From assembly GCA_905178155.1 (NCBI GenBank), contig CAJINV010000005.1, positions 7,308,989 through 7,372,988 on the forward strand: 64,000 bases of DNA. The letters are read 5' to 3'. A model generated the notes under the pieces. It searched no databases and was not told the DNA's origin. It was given only the letters and a program-made list of their open reading frames with translations. The first letter of the stretch is position 1. The number at the start of each line of letters is the position of its first letter. Below, one piece after another: positions 36,301 through 46,677 of this stretch. A program made the translations under genes and the position numbers. This stretch comes from Amoebophrya sp. A120 (Eukaryota; Protista; Dinoflagellata).

Positions 36301-39300
36301 TGACTCTGACCAGGTTCGGTCCATATGAATGCGCTGAATTTGGATGAATTGAACCTACAGGATGTAACGCAGCAAGAGACTTGCGTCACTTGCTTGCTTA
36401 CTTGCAATTGAGAGAATTCATTGAACTGCTGTTGATAACGAGCTCAGTGGAGCAAACGTGTGTAAGTGTGTGCGAGTGTTCTCAAGTCCACTAACACTAC
36501 GCTACGCCTTGAGACTCAAGCCGGCTCTTCTAGTCAGATAAGTTAGATTGAAGATGGGCCAAGAGGCGAAATTGACGGCGAAGCTGTCCAGCGCGCAGGA
36601 CTGGCGCGCCTGGCATCGCGGGGTCACGAACGAGGTTTCTCGCCTCGGGCTCCAGGAGTATTGGGATAATCGTCTTGCTGGTAACCCTCCGGGGATTCCG
36701 CAGGCGAACAATACTGCCAATAATGCGATCCGGGAGAAGTGGCGCGACCTGAGGGATGCCATCTACAAGTCGCGCACCGGGTCCGTGTCCACGTGGGTCA
36801 ACAGTCAGCACTACATCAACGACGACGCTGCGCAGTTGTTCATGCGTGTTCGTGATGTGGGTCGCTTCAATGTTGCATCCCGTGACCAGCAGCAGATCAA
36901 GACCTCCTCGATCGACGCCATGCATTTCGACAACCGCGACGCGCCGAAGGATGCTCCGACGTTCCTGGCCCAGATCCACGACTTGATGGAGATGGCGCCG
37001 AGTGTCTACGTCCCGGAGCCCGGGCGTCCGGCTGAAGATCAGCATGTCAAGAACATTCTGGACAAGTTGCCCAAGATGTTTGCGTCGGCCTTCCGCCAGA
37101 CCATCGACCGCTGCGTGGACGAGTCCGATCGCATCACCTTGCAGGAGATCGGGAACCGTCTCGAGAAGAAGCTCGCGCAGTTGGTCAAGGAGGGGTCGCA
37201 CAAGATTGCGAACCCGTCCTTCGGCAAGGCCTTCCCGGTCGTTGAGGAGAAGTCGAAGAAGAACAAGAAGGGAAATAAGCGTCAGAAAAATGACGACGAT
37301 GACGAGGAGCCGGACTCCGCTGATGATGGTCAGAATGCTGCTTCTGGCAAGGTGTTCTCGGCGAAAGCCTTGAAACGCATGAAAGCCAAACTACGCAAGC
37401 AGACCGAAGCGAGTGTCCTGGCTGCCCATGGCCTGCCCCCGAAGTCTAACACTAAGGGTGGAAGTGGCCAGAAAGGTGGTGGCAAGACTGGTCGGAACCA
37501 GAGCACTCCCTACAACACTGTGACCAAACCCAAATGCTGGATCTGTGGCAAGGAAAACCATAAGGCGGACCGCTGCCGCTGGAATCCTAACAATCAAGGG
37601 AAAGGTCAGTGGGGTGGTGCCTGGGGAAACCAGCAGCCGCAGTGGTGTCCGCCGGTGAACCAGAACCAGATGAACAACCAGAATCAAGGGCAAGGAGCCG
37701 GTGGAAAGCAGGGCGGTTGGGTCTGGCAAGGACCAGCCTGACCAGATCACGGAGGAGTTTATATCTCGGAGCATGGTAGTTGTGTGCTAAATTTCGAGAA
37801 TTTAGGGGATTCTGATGTAGATTCTTCTAGCTGTTTTACTGCACAGACCAAGGACGAAGTGAGCTTGGTCGATTCATGTGCAAACAAGTATTTATCTAGA
37901 CACAAATCGGATTTTATTGACATCTCGAGCAACGTCTGTCGCATCAACGGCACGGCCGGGGCTCGTGATGGTTTTGTAGGAAAACTGAAGGAAAACGCTC
38001 TAGGTTTGCCCTATGGCGTCTATTTTAAACACTTGCCAAGAGATATTGATCGTATTCTTCCGTGGCTCGGTGAGGACAATCTCAGTGATCGTGGGTGGGA
38101 TCTGAACTACAACAGCTCTGGCGGTTCCTTAGTCAACAGGGAATCCGGTCAGATGCTACCAATCAAGAACCACGAGAGGTTGACCCTCCCAGTCCTTGGG
38201 TGTGATCTTTTCGTGATGGGCCTCCGGGGTCAGGCGACTAGAGACACCGCGGAAGATATTGCATGCATTACAATCGAAGAAAGTATTGCTAGTTGTCACC
38301 TTACGCGTCTAGAACAACATAGAAGATTCGGACACTTTCATGTAGATGGTCTTAATGTCCAGTGTCCTGAATGCGACAAAGCGAAAGGCGCAAGAAGCTC
38401 TCACGCCAAGGAGCGAGACACTAGTAATTACAAACCTGAACCATTGAAACTACTAGCGATGGACTTCGCGGTAGGTATTAAACCTGTATCGATTCGGTCA
38501 CGCACCTGCGTGCTTGTGGTCATCTGTGATGCCATCAAGAAGTGTTTCTGTGTCCCTCTTAAGCTGAAAAGTGACTGCGTTGAGGTTTTGGAAGAATTGA
38601 TCAAAGGCATTCGCCAGACCTACGCTTTGACCCTCGAGGACAAGGTGGTATGGTTCGTCCGTAGGGACAGTGAGCCAGTTCTGGGCAGTGACTCCATGAC
38701 CAAGGTCATGCAATCGCTGCGGGTCGGTGATGCTCCTGCGGTTCCCTACAACCCAGAGCAGAACGGAACCTGCGAACGCTTTATGCGGACCATATTCGGC
38801 GCTGTGCGTGCGATGTTGGTGAACGTGGACAAGCGTCTGTGGTGCTACTCGGTCGAGTACGCTGCAGCATGCTGGGACCGCCTTCCGCATAAGTATAGCA
38901 AAATGCCTGAGTACGACGGAAAGACTCCTGCAGAAATTCTGGATGAGAGAACTGGAAGAAATAGCTCGAAAGTTGGCACAAGGATGCTAAGGCGTTTTGG
39001 TTGTCTCGTTTATTTTCGTGAACAAGTCAAGAAAGGCGAAGCTCATGAAGCTCCTGAGGGGGGAGTAGAAGTGGTTGCTCCAAAGCTGTCCGCGCCATTT
39101 CGTCGTGGTGTATTTCTCGGCCTTTGTCCTAAGTCTTCGGGCTGGCGGGTTGGGACGTATGTCACGGACGGCCGGTCCGCCGCGGGACATCGTTGGATGG
39201 AGTATTCTACCATCGACGTCAAGTTCCGTGAGGAGTACCTCGTGAAGAATATTGAAGACCTAGTTCCTAACTCCAAAGGTATCTATGTCGAGTGTGACGC

Positions 39301-42300
39301 AATCGAGGCCCTACCTAGTGGAGCGTCGTGTGCGCCATCTCTCCCGTGTGTCGGTCTGATCAAAAGGGCTGAGCACCGGCTGGGGGTGGATGTCTCGGAG
39401 CACACTGGTAGGCAGCCTGACGGTCCTGAAGAGACGTTGGTAGTTGAAAGTCTGGATAGGGAAGATGATCCGGGCCAGATAGATCCCGAGCCTGAAGGTG
39501 TTAAACCTGAGGAGGGGAATCTGGACGATCACCCCACTCACAGCAGCTTATCTAGTCCAAGAAAGGCGAGCCCGTCTCCGGCAAGGATTGTGGCTGGCAA
39601 CCGCAACTCCAAGCCGCGAGGTCGTGGTCGTCCCAAAGGGAGAAAGGACAAGACAAAGCGCGTGAGACGTACTAAGAAAGAGCTCGCAGAATTGAGAAAG
39701 GACGCTAGTGCCTTTGCCGCAGCAATAGCAGCACAGGATGATCGCGAGGAAGGTGAGGAATTCCTCGACGTCCAGTGTTACTTGACTACATCGGCCAAGT
39801 TGGATCCTGCTCGTTGCAAAGACTCAGTCGAATGGAACGCAGCAACCAACAAGGAAGATTGTAGACTTGAAGCCTATAAAGTGTGGGAGCCAGCTACTGA
39901 CGAGGAGCTAGCGACCGCAAAGCAGGTTTTGCCTATTGCTATCCTTCTTACCGAGAAGCGTGACGGTACGAAGAAAGCGCGAGCAGTAGTACTCGGTAAT
40001 CTAGATCGTTCGGGCGAGCTGGACACTTTCGCTCCTGTTGTGTCCCATGCCGCTAACAGGTTACTTCTAGCCGCTGCAGCCGCAGACGGTGATGATGTGA
40101 TCCCGTTCGACCTTGATAGTGCGTTTCTCAATGCCTTACTTGATCGCGACGTCTTCTGCCGCTTGCCACCCATCTGGGCGAAGAAGCACGGCGTGGAGAT
40201 CGTCAAGCTCAAGAAAGCGCTTTACGGCTTGAAAGACGCCCCCAGGCTCTGGTATAAGAAGTATGAGGAAGTACTGACCAAGCTAGGTTGGGAACCCTGT
40301 CCCTCTGCGCCAGGTCTGTGGAAGAAACCGAGCTTGGAACACCCTGGGAAGTTTCTGAAGTTGGCAGTGTATGTCGACGATAATCTTATCACAGGTCCTC
40401 CGACTGGGTCCGAGTTGGCTGGAGAACTTGCGGAGATCTTGCACCACGTCAAGGGGCGCATGATCGACGTCGAGCTTGTTCCGGAGTTTAACTCTGTGTC
40501 CAAGAAGTTTGACTTCCTAGGGTCAATAGTGTACTACAACTGGAATCTACGAACCGTTAGGATCGTGATGACAGAGTACATATCCAAGATTTGTAAGAAA
40601 TTCCACGTCTCAGAAGCGGGCAAGCCGGTCCACTCGCCAAACTTCGATGAGTCTGAACTCGCTAAAGAAGTTGAAGGAGCTAAAGTTATTGAAGGTTTTC
40701 CCCTTCGAGAGGTCGTTGGCTCTCTGCAGTGGGCTGCAACCACTTGCAGGGTAGACATTGTTGTCCCGGTTGCCACTGTCGCCAGATACGTGGGCAAGCC
40801 GGCGACTCGGCCTGTCGTAAACGCCTGTAAGAAGATTCTGAAGTATCTATTGACAACGAAGGAGCAGGGTCTGTCGTATAGTCCGGAAATTGAGGAAGAA
40901 TTCAACAGAATCTACAGCAAGCTACTGCCCGACGGGAGAGACTTGCCTGATGTGAATCTGTTTTCGGATGCTAGTTTTGCGAACTGTTGCAAGACCATGC
41001 GAAGCACTAGTGGTAGCATTATGTACTTCCGCGGCTTCCCGATCTGTTGGCGTAGCAACCGGCAGACCGTGAGGGCGTACTCCACGGCGGAGGCGGAGTA
41101 TATAGCTGCTTCCGACACTATTGTGCTGAGCGAGCAGAATGACTTTACAGAGTTCTTCAAACCTCTACCCACTGTCATGGTGGAAAAGCAGAATGGCTTA
41201 TCTCCCTCCCTGGATGATGCCATATTGTGGATCGACAACCAGTCCGCGATAACTACAGCTAAGAGCACAGACAACAAACCGAAATCGAGGCACTACGCAC
41301 TGCGATATCTCCGCGTGAGAGACGCAGCGAGCCAGATCATGTTCTGCCCGACCTACCTAATGAAGGCAGACGGTCTCACGAAGCTCGAGTGTAGTGTGCC
41401 GCAGAGACGCTTACTCTTGCACCATATTGATAACCCCGACCCTAAGTCTTTTATTTGTGACTCCTCTGACGATGAGGATGATTTAGACACGTTTATAGAG
41501 GGGAATCACAAGGGCAAGGCTAAAGTAGGCTATACTTATTCGATTTATTTTGGTTTCTAGAGGGGATAGCTAGTTCACCACAGCGCGCTCAGGAGGGGAG
41601 TGTGGTAGGACGCTATCCAGATTAGCACCACCGCCGCAGCGATTGAGGAGGGGTGTTGGTCATGGAAATCGATCCCGCACACACGTAACACGATCGCCCC
41701 AAATGACGCCTGTTCCCAATGAAATGACAGTTCTGAATGACCTGAACTAGCTAGATCCTTAGGGAAATGGTCAGAATCTATCTAGATCCTAAAGGAAACT
41801 CTTCACCATGTTCCGCGAATCCCCCAAATACTACGAAGGCAAAGCCATCAGGATCGTAGTGAAATGAATGGACTCAGCTCGGTCCAGACGTTCAGAGTGG
41901 TCACCCTGGGGGACTTGACTCCCGCCAGGGTCGAGCACCAATCTGAGCAGGTTGAGGAGTGGACTCCCATGCTGTTTTGCCACTTGACTCTGAACCCGAT
42001 TGGTCCATATGAATGTGATGAATTTGGATGAATTGAACCTACAGGATGTAACGCAGCAAGAGACTTGCGTCACTTGCTTGCTTACTTGCAATTGAGAGAA
42101 TTCATTGAACTGCTGTTGATAACGAGCTCAGTGGAGCAAACGCGTGTAAGTGTGTGCGAGTGTTCTCAAGTCCACTAACAACAAGTATGCTATGCCTGTT
42201 TTTTTCTCTGGGATAAAACCTTGAGTATGGTAGTGCGCAACTTGGTCGTCGTCCTTCCCCTCACTTGAAAGTGCGCTGGCTGGGCTTTAACACAAACGTG

Positions 42301-45300
42301 AAGCTATCATCTGAAGATCAATCCAGCTTTATTTGCGATGAGAAATCCACTCTGCTGCACTGTAGTTCAGGAGAAGTTCTTGGGGTTTCCACAAACTTTT
42401 CATGCAGTCAAGGGCAAAAGACGAAGACCAGCACCCAGAGAGGCCTCGTTTTTGGTCATGCAGATTGCTAATAGCTATCTGCATGACCAGAAACGAGGGC
42501 GAGCGGGACGAGTTCGAGTTGTCCACTTGCATATCAAGCGAAATCCGCTGGAGGCCTTATATTTGGCGCAGAACCAGCTGAAAACGCTGGAGGGAGTGGA
42601 AGTGCTGTCCAAGACCTTGAGCGTACGAAACAACAACTTTTTTAACAACACAAACTACTGGAGGTCTTCACAGTTCTGCTTCTGCTCCCATTTCACATTA
42701 TTTGATCTCCAACATAGCAGGTGTACTACGTCTAGTCTTTCCTTTCGAATAGTGATGATCGGCGCTCAGTTCTTCGAATAGTGATGATCGGCGCTCAGTT
42801 CTTCGTCTACCTATCATATGAAGTAGACATTGCTCCTGTCGAATTGTGTCTTCTCACCATGCGTGCAAAATAAATTTTTCTCCCTTTATTCCACGAACTT
42901 TTCTCAGGTCTTAAACGTCCGCGGGAATTTTTATGGCGTTCTCAAACGTTACATTCTCAACTGGCACATGAATTTGTTATGCAAGACTACCTTAAGCCGC
43001 CAGATGATCAACATGAACATCAAGCTGCTTCGCAAGACAAATCTCCGAGAGGCTAAACAGCATCTAAATCTGTACCAAATCTGTGATGCGAATGCAGCAA
43101 GCTTGCCCCTTTAACTGTTGCCATTCTTGCATCGCAAATTCATGTAACAGTTGAGAGTGTAGCAGTTGAGAACGCCATAACTTTCTTTCCAAATTGGAGC
43201 CCCTGGTCGAGCTACAGCAGCTGCGGAAACTGTGCGTAACAGAAAACAAGATCAAATCGAGTATCCGCGGGAAATATAAATCGAAATTTACCGACGTACA
43301 CGAAGCGACACACACTGCAACAAGAAACATAAACATTCATCAAATGGCGACACTGCATGAAGAAGATCATACTAGATGTAGATAGAATTTTTGTCCCGTA
43401 TCCATGATCAGCATGACAAGATTAAAATATCTTCCTTCGTCGAGGCCGTTGCCGAAGTGCGAGATTTGTCATGCGTGCTAGGTGTGATGGTAAATTTGTA
43501 TTGCATACCGATTGACCAGATCGAGTTGCTGCCGACGACCGTTTATCAACTGGAAATATGTCTGGGATGTTGAACCTGAACATGCAATTGCAAACTTGTG
43601 ATGCGCGGCCTAGATCACAGAAGAAATCTGTCATGCATGGACGGCAAGAAAAGTTGTCAATGAATTTCTTGTCGCCAAGAAAAGATAAACTTTGTCATGG
43701 GATGAAAGAATAGGATGCACCATCGACAAACAAACCGCCTCAAATCAACCTGTGATGCTCAGGCTTGCACGCCAGACTTTCTTTCTGACGCAAAAACAAC
43801 ATCACAAAAAGATGCAATCTTCCCGATCCTACAGACATATTTTTTGCAATGCATACCGTTGCGGATCTCTACGTCACGCCAAATCCCGTGTCCGAGCTGC
43901 CCTTCTTTCGATTGCAAGTCTTGCGAAGATTATCGCAGAGTAGAAAGGACTGTCACTGGCTTACTGTGCTGTTGAACTTTTTGTGCTTGTGACCACCCGG
44001 ATCGATCTTGAACTACATCCAATTGGTGCCTTGCCACAAATGCAAGAGAGGTCATGTTTGACTGTGGAAGGACGCATGACAACTTTTCCTTGATGTCGGG
44101 GAACTTGTCATGCAGATTGTTCAAAACTACTAGCAGTACAGTGAAGAAGTCTTTTTGGTGGGATAGAAATTACCACAACTCCGGACACTCGATGACCAAG
44201 TGTGCACGCCGCAGGATATCCAGTGCAAAAGTATCGCGCTCGTACTAGTACTCGTAGTCATGCAAGACAAATCTCTTTTCCAAACTAAATCAGTATGACA
44301 AATTCTAATTCCATCTGTCAAGAACATGCTGAGGTAATATGTATTCTTGCAGTTTTTACTAGTAGTAGTGCGATACTTTATTTGCAATTGATACAGGAGA
44401 AGGTACATGCCAATACGGTAGCTATAGTTTGGGAGCGTAGCTCCGAAATAACTTTGTTGTGGCGCAGATGAAAGCATGGTGAGGGATGCGTGTCATGCAA
44501 AAATATTCCCTGCAGGGGAGGGGCGAAACTGTATATTATTCTTGATATGTCGGTTTGCGTTTGATATGATTATCAGGTAAAAGCCAACGTCGCGTACGGT
44601 GAGGACGCCAGTCGGCAGGAGGAAACTTTTATGAAAGTGCACAGCTCGATTTCCCTCCACGATCGCATAAACTACAACTGTGTCCAGCACAACAAGAGCA
44701 ATTGCAGCAAACGAAGTGTGAAGTGAAGCTTTTCGTTCATCACTAGTAGTGCAAGTGTCTTCATCATGCTAGTAGAAAAAGGCAACCGCTTGAAGACTAT
44801 ACCACTACCAGTGCAATTTTGCACGGCAAAGATTGGGGAGATGTCGTGCACAGTCTCATAAAGGTCGCCTCGATCCTACCAAGAGAACAGTTCGTGGACC
44901 GCAGGCTGATCACGCAAGAACTGATATCCTGCCTCAAATCGCCCCGAACTTCTAGAACTTGTCGTGCAACTTTGCAAAAACGTGCTGCATATGCATGCGC
45001 AGTCTAGCAGCTGCTCCGAACTTGTAGTGCAAATTTGCAGATCTTGACTCTCGTCCGAGATCGGTGCAAACCCAGAACCAGCTTCTTCACTTCTGGCGTG
45101 TCAACCAGGACTTTTTTTTTTTACGTTTGCACTAGCCCTGACGTACTCGTAGTACCACAGGATAGCAACGCTATCGGCACTACTGGGGACGGATTCTTGA
45201 CACAGGATAACTGCTATCCTATGTAAAAACGTACCCACCCCATAGTCAAGATGGGGAATCGGCTAGACAAATCCACAAGCTTTGGCTGTTTCGCATGACA

Positions 45301-46677
45301 AATTTGGACGCGTAGTGTAGTGCTGTTTGAGCTAGTTCAGCAGCATTACAGATCTAGTCTCTCATGCTGATTGGAGCATGACAAATTTCAAAACACCATC
45401 AGAAAATGCTCCTCATGGGGCTCCGCATGAGAAACATTTTAAGCATGCAGATTTGCATGACAACTCTGGTGTGGGTACGTTTTTCCTCAGGATAACTGCT
45501 CGAAGCCCGGGAACTCGAGGTTTTTGGTTTGGTCGGCAGAATATCCTGTGCAAAAGTATCGTACTCGTATTGCAATCATGCATTACAAATCTTTTTGTTA
45601 AGGCAAATCAGCATTACAAAAAAATTTATTTCTCATGCTAAGGAAATTCGTCATGCATTTATACGAGTACGATACTTTTGCACAGGATATAGAACTAGGA
45701 AAGTGCACAAGAACTTAAACTCGAACTCCCCCGCCTTCCTCTCAAGATCTTTCTGTGGTCATGCAAAGACGTCGCCATGCACGTGAATAGACGCGATTTA
45801 TTTTCCCAACACAAGTATAAAGCTGTGCTCGATGTTTTTCTGTCCGACGAGCTTGCCATGATGCAGATGCCACGTTTTTATCGCCTCTCGTCCTGTTCTT
45901 GGTCTTCCGACAATCCAAACGAAGGGGAAGGGGAACAAGGGAACTTGTGCGATCTCATAACAACCGCGCCCGAGGACGATGAAGTGGATCTTTATGTCAG
46001 TTCGCTCAGGTGTTGCGAAAATCTTCTCAACGGCAGCTTCATCATCGCTACTTGATCATGTGAAGAGAGCGGAAGTTTGTCATGCAACCTGGTGTTTTTG
46101 AAGACCTGCTTGTAAATCAGGACAGGACGTACTTCTAGTTGCCAGCTCGTCCGTTTTTTTGTGCTGGGACAAGATGACGCGAAAGTAGCTTTCTTTGGAA
46201 AAAATCCGCAAATTGTCATGCGCATCACAATCTATCAGTTGTACGTGGATACGAGTTCTTGCGAATGCAAAACCTTGTTTCCAGCGCAACATCATAATTG
46301 TATACACGGTGCTATTGAGAAGATTCTGCAAACGCCTGAGCTGGTCATTACTTTGATGGAACAAGCCTGGCGAACTCCCCGGAAGGCTATGCTGGTAATG
46401 AGCGAGAGTGTCGTTGTATTCGTACAGATGATCTTGATTGCGATACATATTGCATCAGCACAGTCCTTCTTTCTACACCTGAGCCACCAGCATCACAAAC
46501 CTCCCACTAATTACCCGCACTACTCCTGCTTTATACAGAACGTGTGCAAGTAGATTTGCGATGCAGAAACAGCTTGATAACAGAGGACGTGAAGAGAGTG
46601 CATCTGACACAACTTCTCTTGTAGTGTTGCATAAGGTCGTAACGGAAGCGAAAGCGTCTGCGGCGGTGGGAGCCTAA
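33330..46677 (+). CDS. Multi-exon SDS22-type LRR protein, LRRC23/LRGUK-like (boundaries approximate)
   Basis: Joined exons read ...QITQNLSCLGVTPYMSHAY/LQCDLPDLGLTSCDALRGFPNLR/YLDISNNQLRSLEPL, KLRELNLRGNFISEIDGIALRKNSRLKMLDLSENHIFKIQNL, LEALYLAQNQLKTLEGVE and LEPLVELQQLRKLCVTENKI. Confidence 0.7.
35605..35760. mobile_element. Introner with perfect 20-bp TIR
   Basis: GCTGC|TATGCATTGCAAAAGTATCG...CGATACTTTTGCAATGCATA|GCTGC; removal keeps the LRR frame. Confidence 0.92.
36554..37741 (+). CDS. gag: Copia Gag
   Basis: KLSSAQDWRAW N-terminal motif, CCHC zinc knuckle, Q/G/N-rich tail. Confidence 0.92.
   Translation: MGQEAKLTAKLSSAQDWRAWHRGVTNEVSRLGLQEYWDNRLAGNPPGIPQANNTANNAIREKWRDLRDAIYKSRTGSVSTWVNSQHYINDDAAQLFMRVRDVGRFNVASRDQQQIKTSSIDAMHFDNRDAPKDAPTFLAQIHDLMEMAPSVYVPEPGRPAEDQHVKNILDKLPKMFASAFRQTIDRCVDESDRITLQEIGNRLEKKLAQLVKEGSHKIANPSFGKAFPVVEEKSKKNKKGNKRQKNDDDDEEPDSADDGQNAASGKVFSAKALKRMKAKLRKQTEASVLAAHGLPPKSNTKGGSGQKGGGKTGRNQSTPYNTVTKPKCWICGKENHKADRCRWNPNNQGKGQWGGAWGNQQPQWCPPVNQNQMNNQNQGQGAGGKQGGWVWQGPA
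37742..41560 (+). CDS. pol: Copia Pol (protease, integrase, RT, RNase H), in frame with gag after one TGA
   Basis: LVDSCANKY, HRRFGH..CPEC, PYNPEQNGTCER, YVDD, SDASFA, STAEAEY, ADGLTK. Confidence 0.95.
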   Translation, partial: PDHGGVYISEHGSCVLNFENLGDSDVDSSSCFTAQTKDEVSLVDSCANKYLSRHKSDFIDISSNVCRINGTAGARDGFVGKLKENALGLPYGVYFKHLPRDIDRILPWLGEDNLSDRGWDLNYNSSGGSLVNRESGQMLPIKNHERLTLPVLGCDLFVMGLRGQATRDTAEDIACITIEESIASCHLTRLEQHRRFGHFHVDGLNVQCPECDKAKGARSSHAKERDTSNYKPEPLKLLAMDFAVGIKPVSIRSRTCVLVVICDAIKKCFCVPLKLKSDCVEVLEELIKGIRQTYALTLEDKVVWFVRRDSEPVLGSDSMTKVMQSLRVGDAPAVPYNPEQNGTCERFMRTIFGAVRAMLVNVDKRLWCYSVEYAAACWDRLPHKYSKMPEYDGKTPAEILDERTGRNSSKVGTRMLRRFGCLVYFREQVKKGEAHEAPEGGVEVVAPKLSAPFRRGVFLGLCPKSSGWRVGTYVTDGRSAAGHRWMEYSTIDVKFREEYLVKNIEDLVPNSKGIYVECDAIEALPSGASCAPSLPCVGLIKRAEHRLGVDVSEHTGRQPDGPEETLVVESLDREDDPGQIDPEPEGVKPEEGNLDDHPTHSSLSSPRKASPSPARIVAGNRNSKPRGRGRPKGRKDKTKRVRRTKKELAELRKDASAFAAAIAAQDDREEGEEFLDVQCYLTTSAKLDPARCKDSVEWNAATNKEDCRLEAYKVWEPATDEELATAKQVLPIAILLTEKRDGTKKARAVVLGNLDRSGELDTFAPVVSHAANRLLLAAAAADGDDVIPFDLDSAFLNALLDRDVFCRLPPIWAKKHGVEIVKLKKALYGLKDAPRLWYKKYEEVLTKLGWEPCPSAPGLWKKPSLEHPGKFLKLAVYVDDNLITGPPTGSELAGELAEILHHVKGRMIDVELVPEFNSVSKKFDFLGSIVYYNWNLRTVRIVMTEYISKICKKFHVSEAGKPVHSPNFDESELAKEVEGAKVIEGFPLREVVGSLQWAATTCRVDIVVPVATVARYVGKPATRPVVNACKKILKYLLTTKEQGLSYSPEIEEEFNRIYSKLLPDGRDLPDVNLFSDASFANCCKTMRSTSGSIMYFRGFPICWRSNRQTVRAYSTAEAEYIAASDTIVLSEQNDFTEFFKPLPTVMVEKQNGLSPSLDDAILWIDNQSAITTAKSTDNKPKSRHYALRYLRVRDAASQIMFCPTYLMKADGLTKLECSVPQRRLLLHHIDNPDPKSFICDSSDDEDDLDTFIEGNHKGKAKVGYTYSIYFGF
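44217..44393. mobile_element. Introner (GCAAAAGTATCG family)
   Basis: CAGGA|TATCCAGTGCAAAAGTATCGC...TTTGCAATTGATA|CAGGA. Confidence 0.85.
45215..45494. mobile_element. Introner
   Basis: ACTGC|TATCCTATGTAAAAACGTACCCAC...GTGGGTACGTTTTTCCTCAGGATA|ACTGC. Confidence 0.85.
45542..45689. mobile_element. Introner with perfect 29-bp TIR
   Basis: CAGAA|TATCCTGTGCAAAAGTATCGTACTCGTAT...ATACGAGTACGATACTTTTGCACAGGATA|TAGAA. Confidence 0.9.

Larger units (their letters stand above)
35970..42180 (+). mobile_element. Ty1/copia LTR retrotransposon copy 2, structurally intact (6,211 bp)
   Basis: LTRs 35970-36496 and 41654-42180, TSD ACAAG, PPT GAGGAGGGG, uninterrupted gag and pol in PR-IN-RT-RH order. Confidence 0.97.
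35829..42215. mobile_element. Introner expanded to 6.4 kb by copia copy 2
   Basis: GAACC|TATCACGCAGAAAAAAGCAGGC ... GCCTGTTTTTTTCTCTGGGATA|AAACC (4/5 repeat match). Confidence 0.8.

Noticed and set aside
37739-37741. Genome-wide stop-codon reassignment as the explanation for the gag-pol TGA
   Set aside because: Long ORFs and spliced exons here contain no other in-frame stops, and several ORFs end cleanly at TGA.
13833-42091. Four 86-aa ORFs (MQ[AV]SKQVTQ...)
   Set aside because: They lie antisense within the LTRs and are repeated only because the LTR is repeated; no coding evidence.
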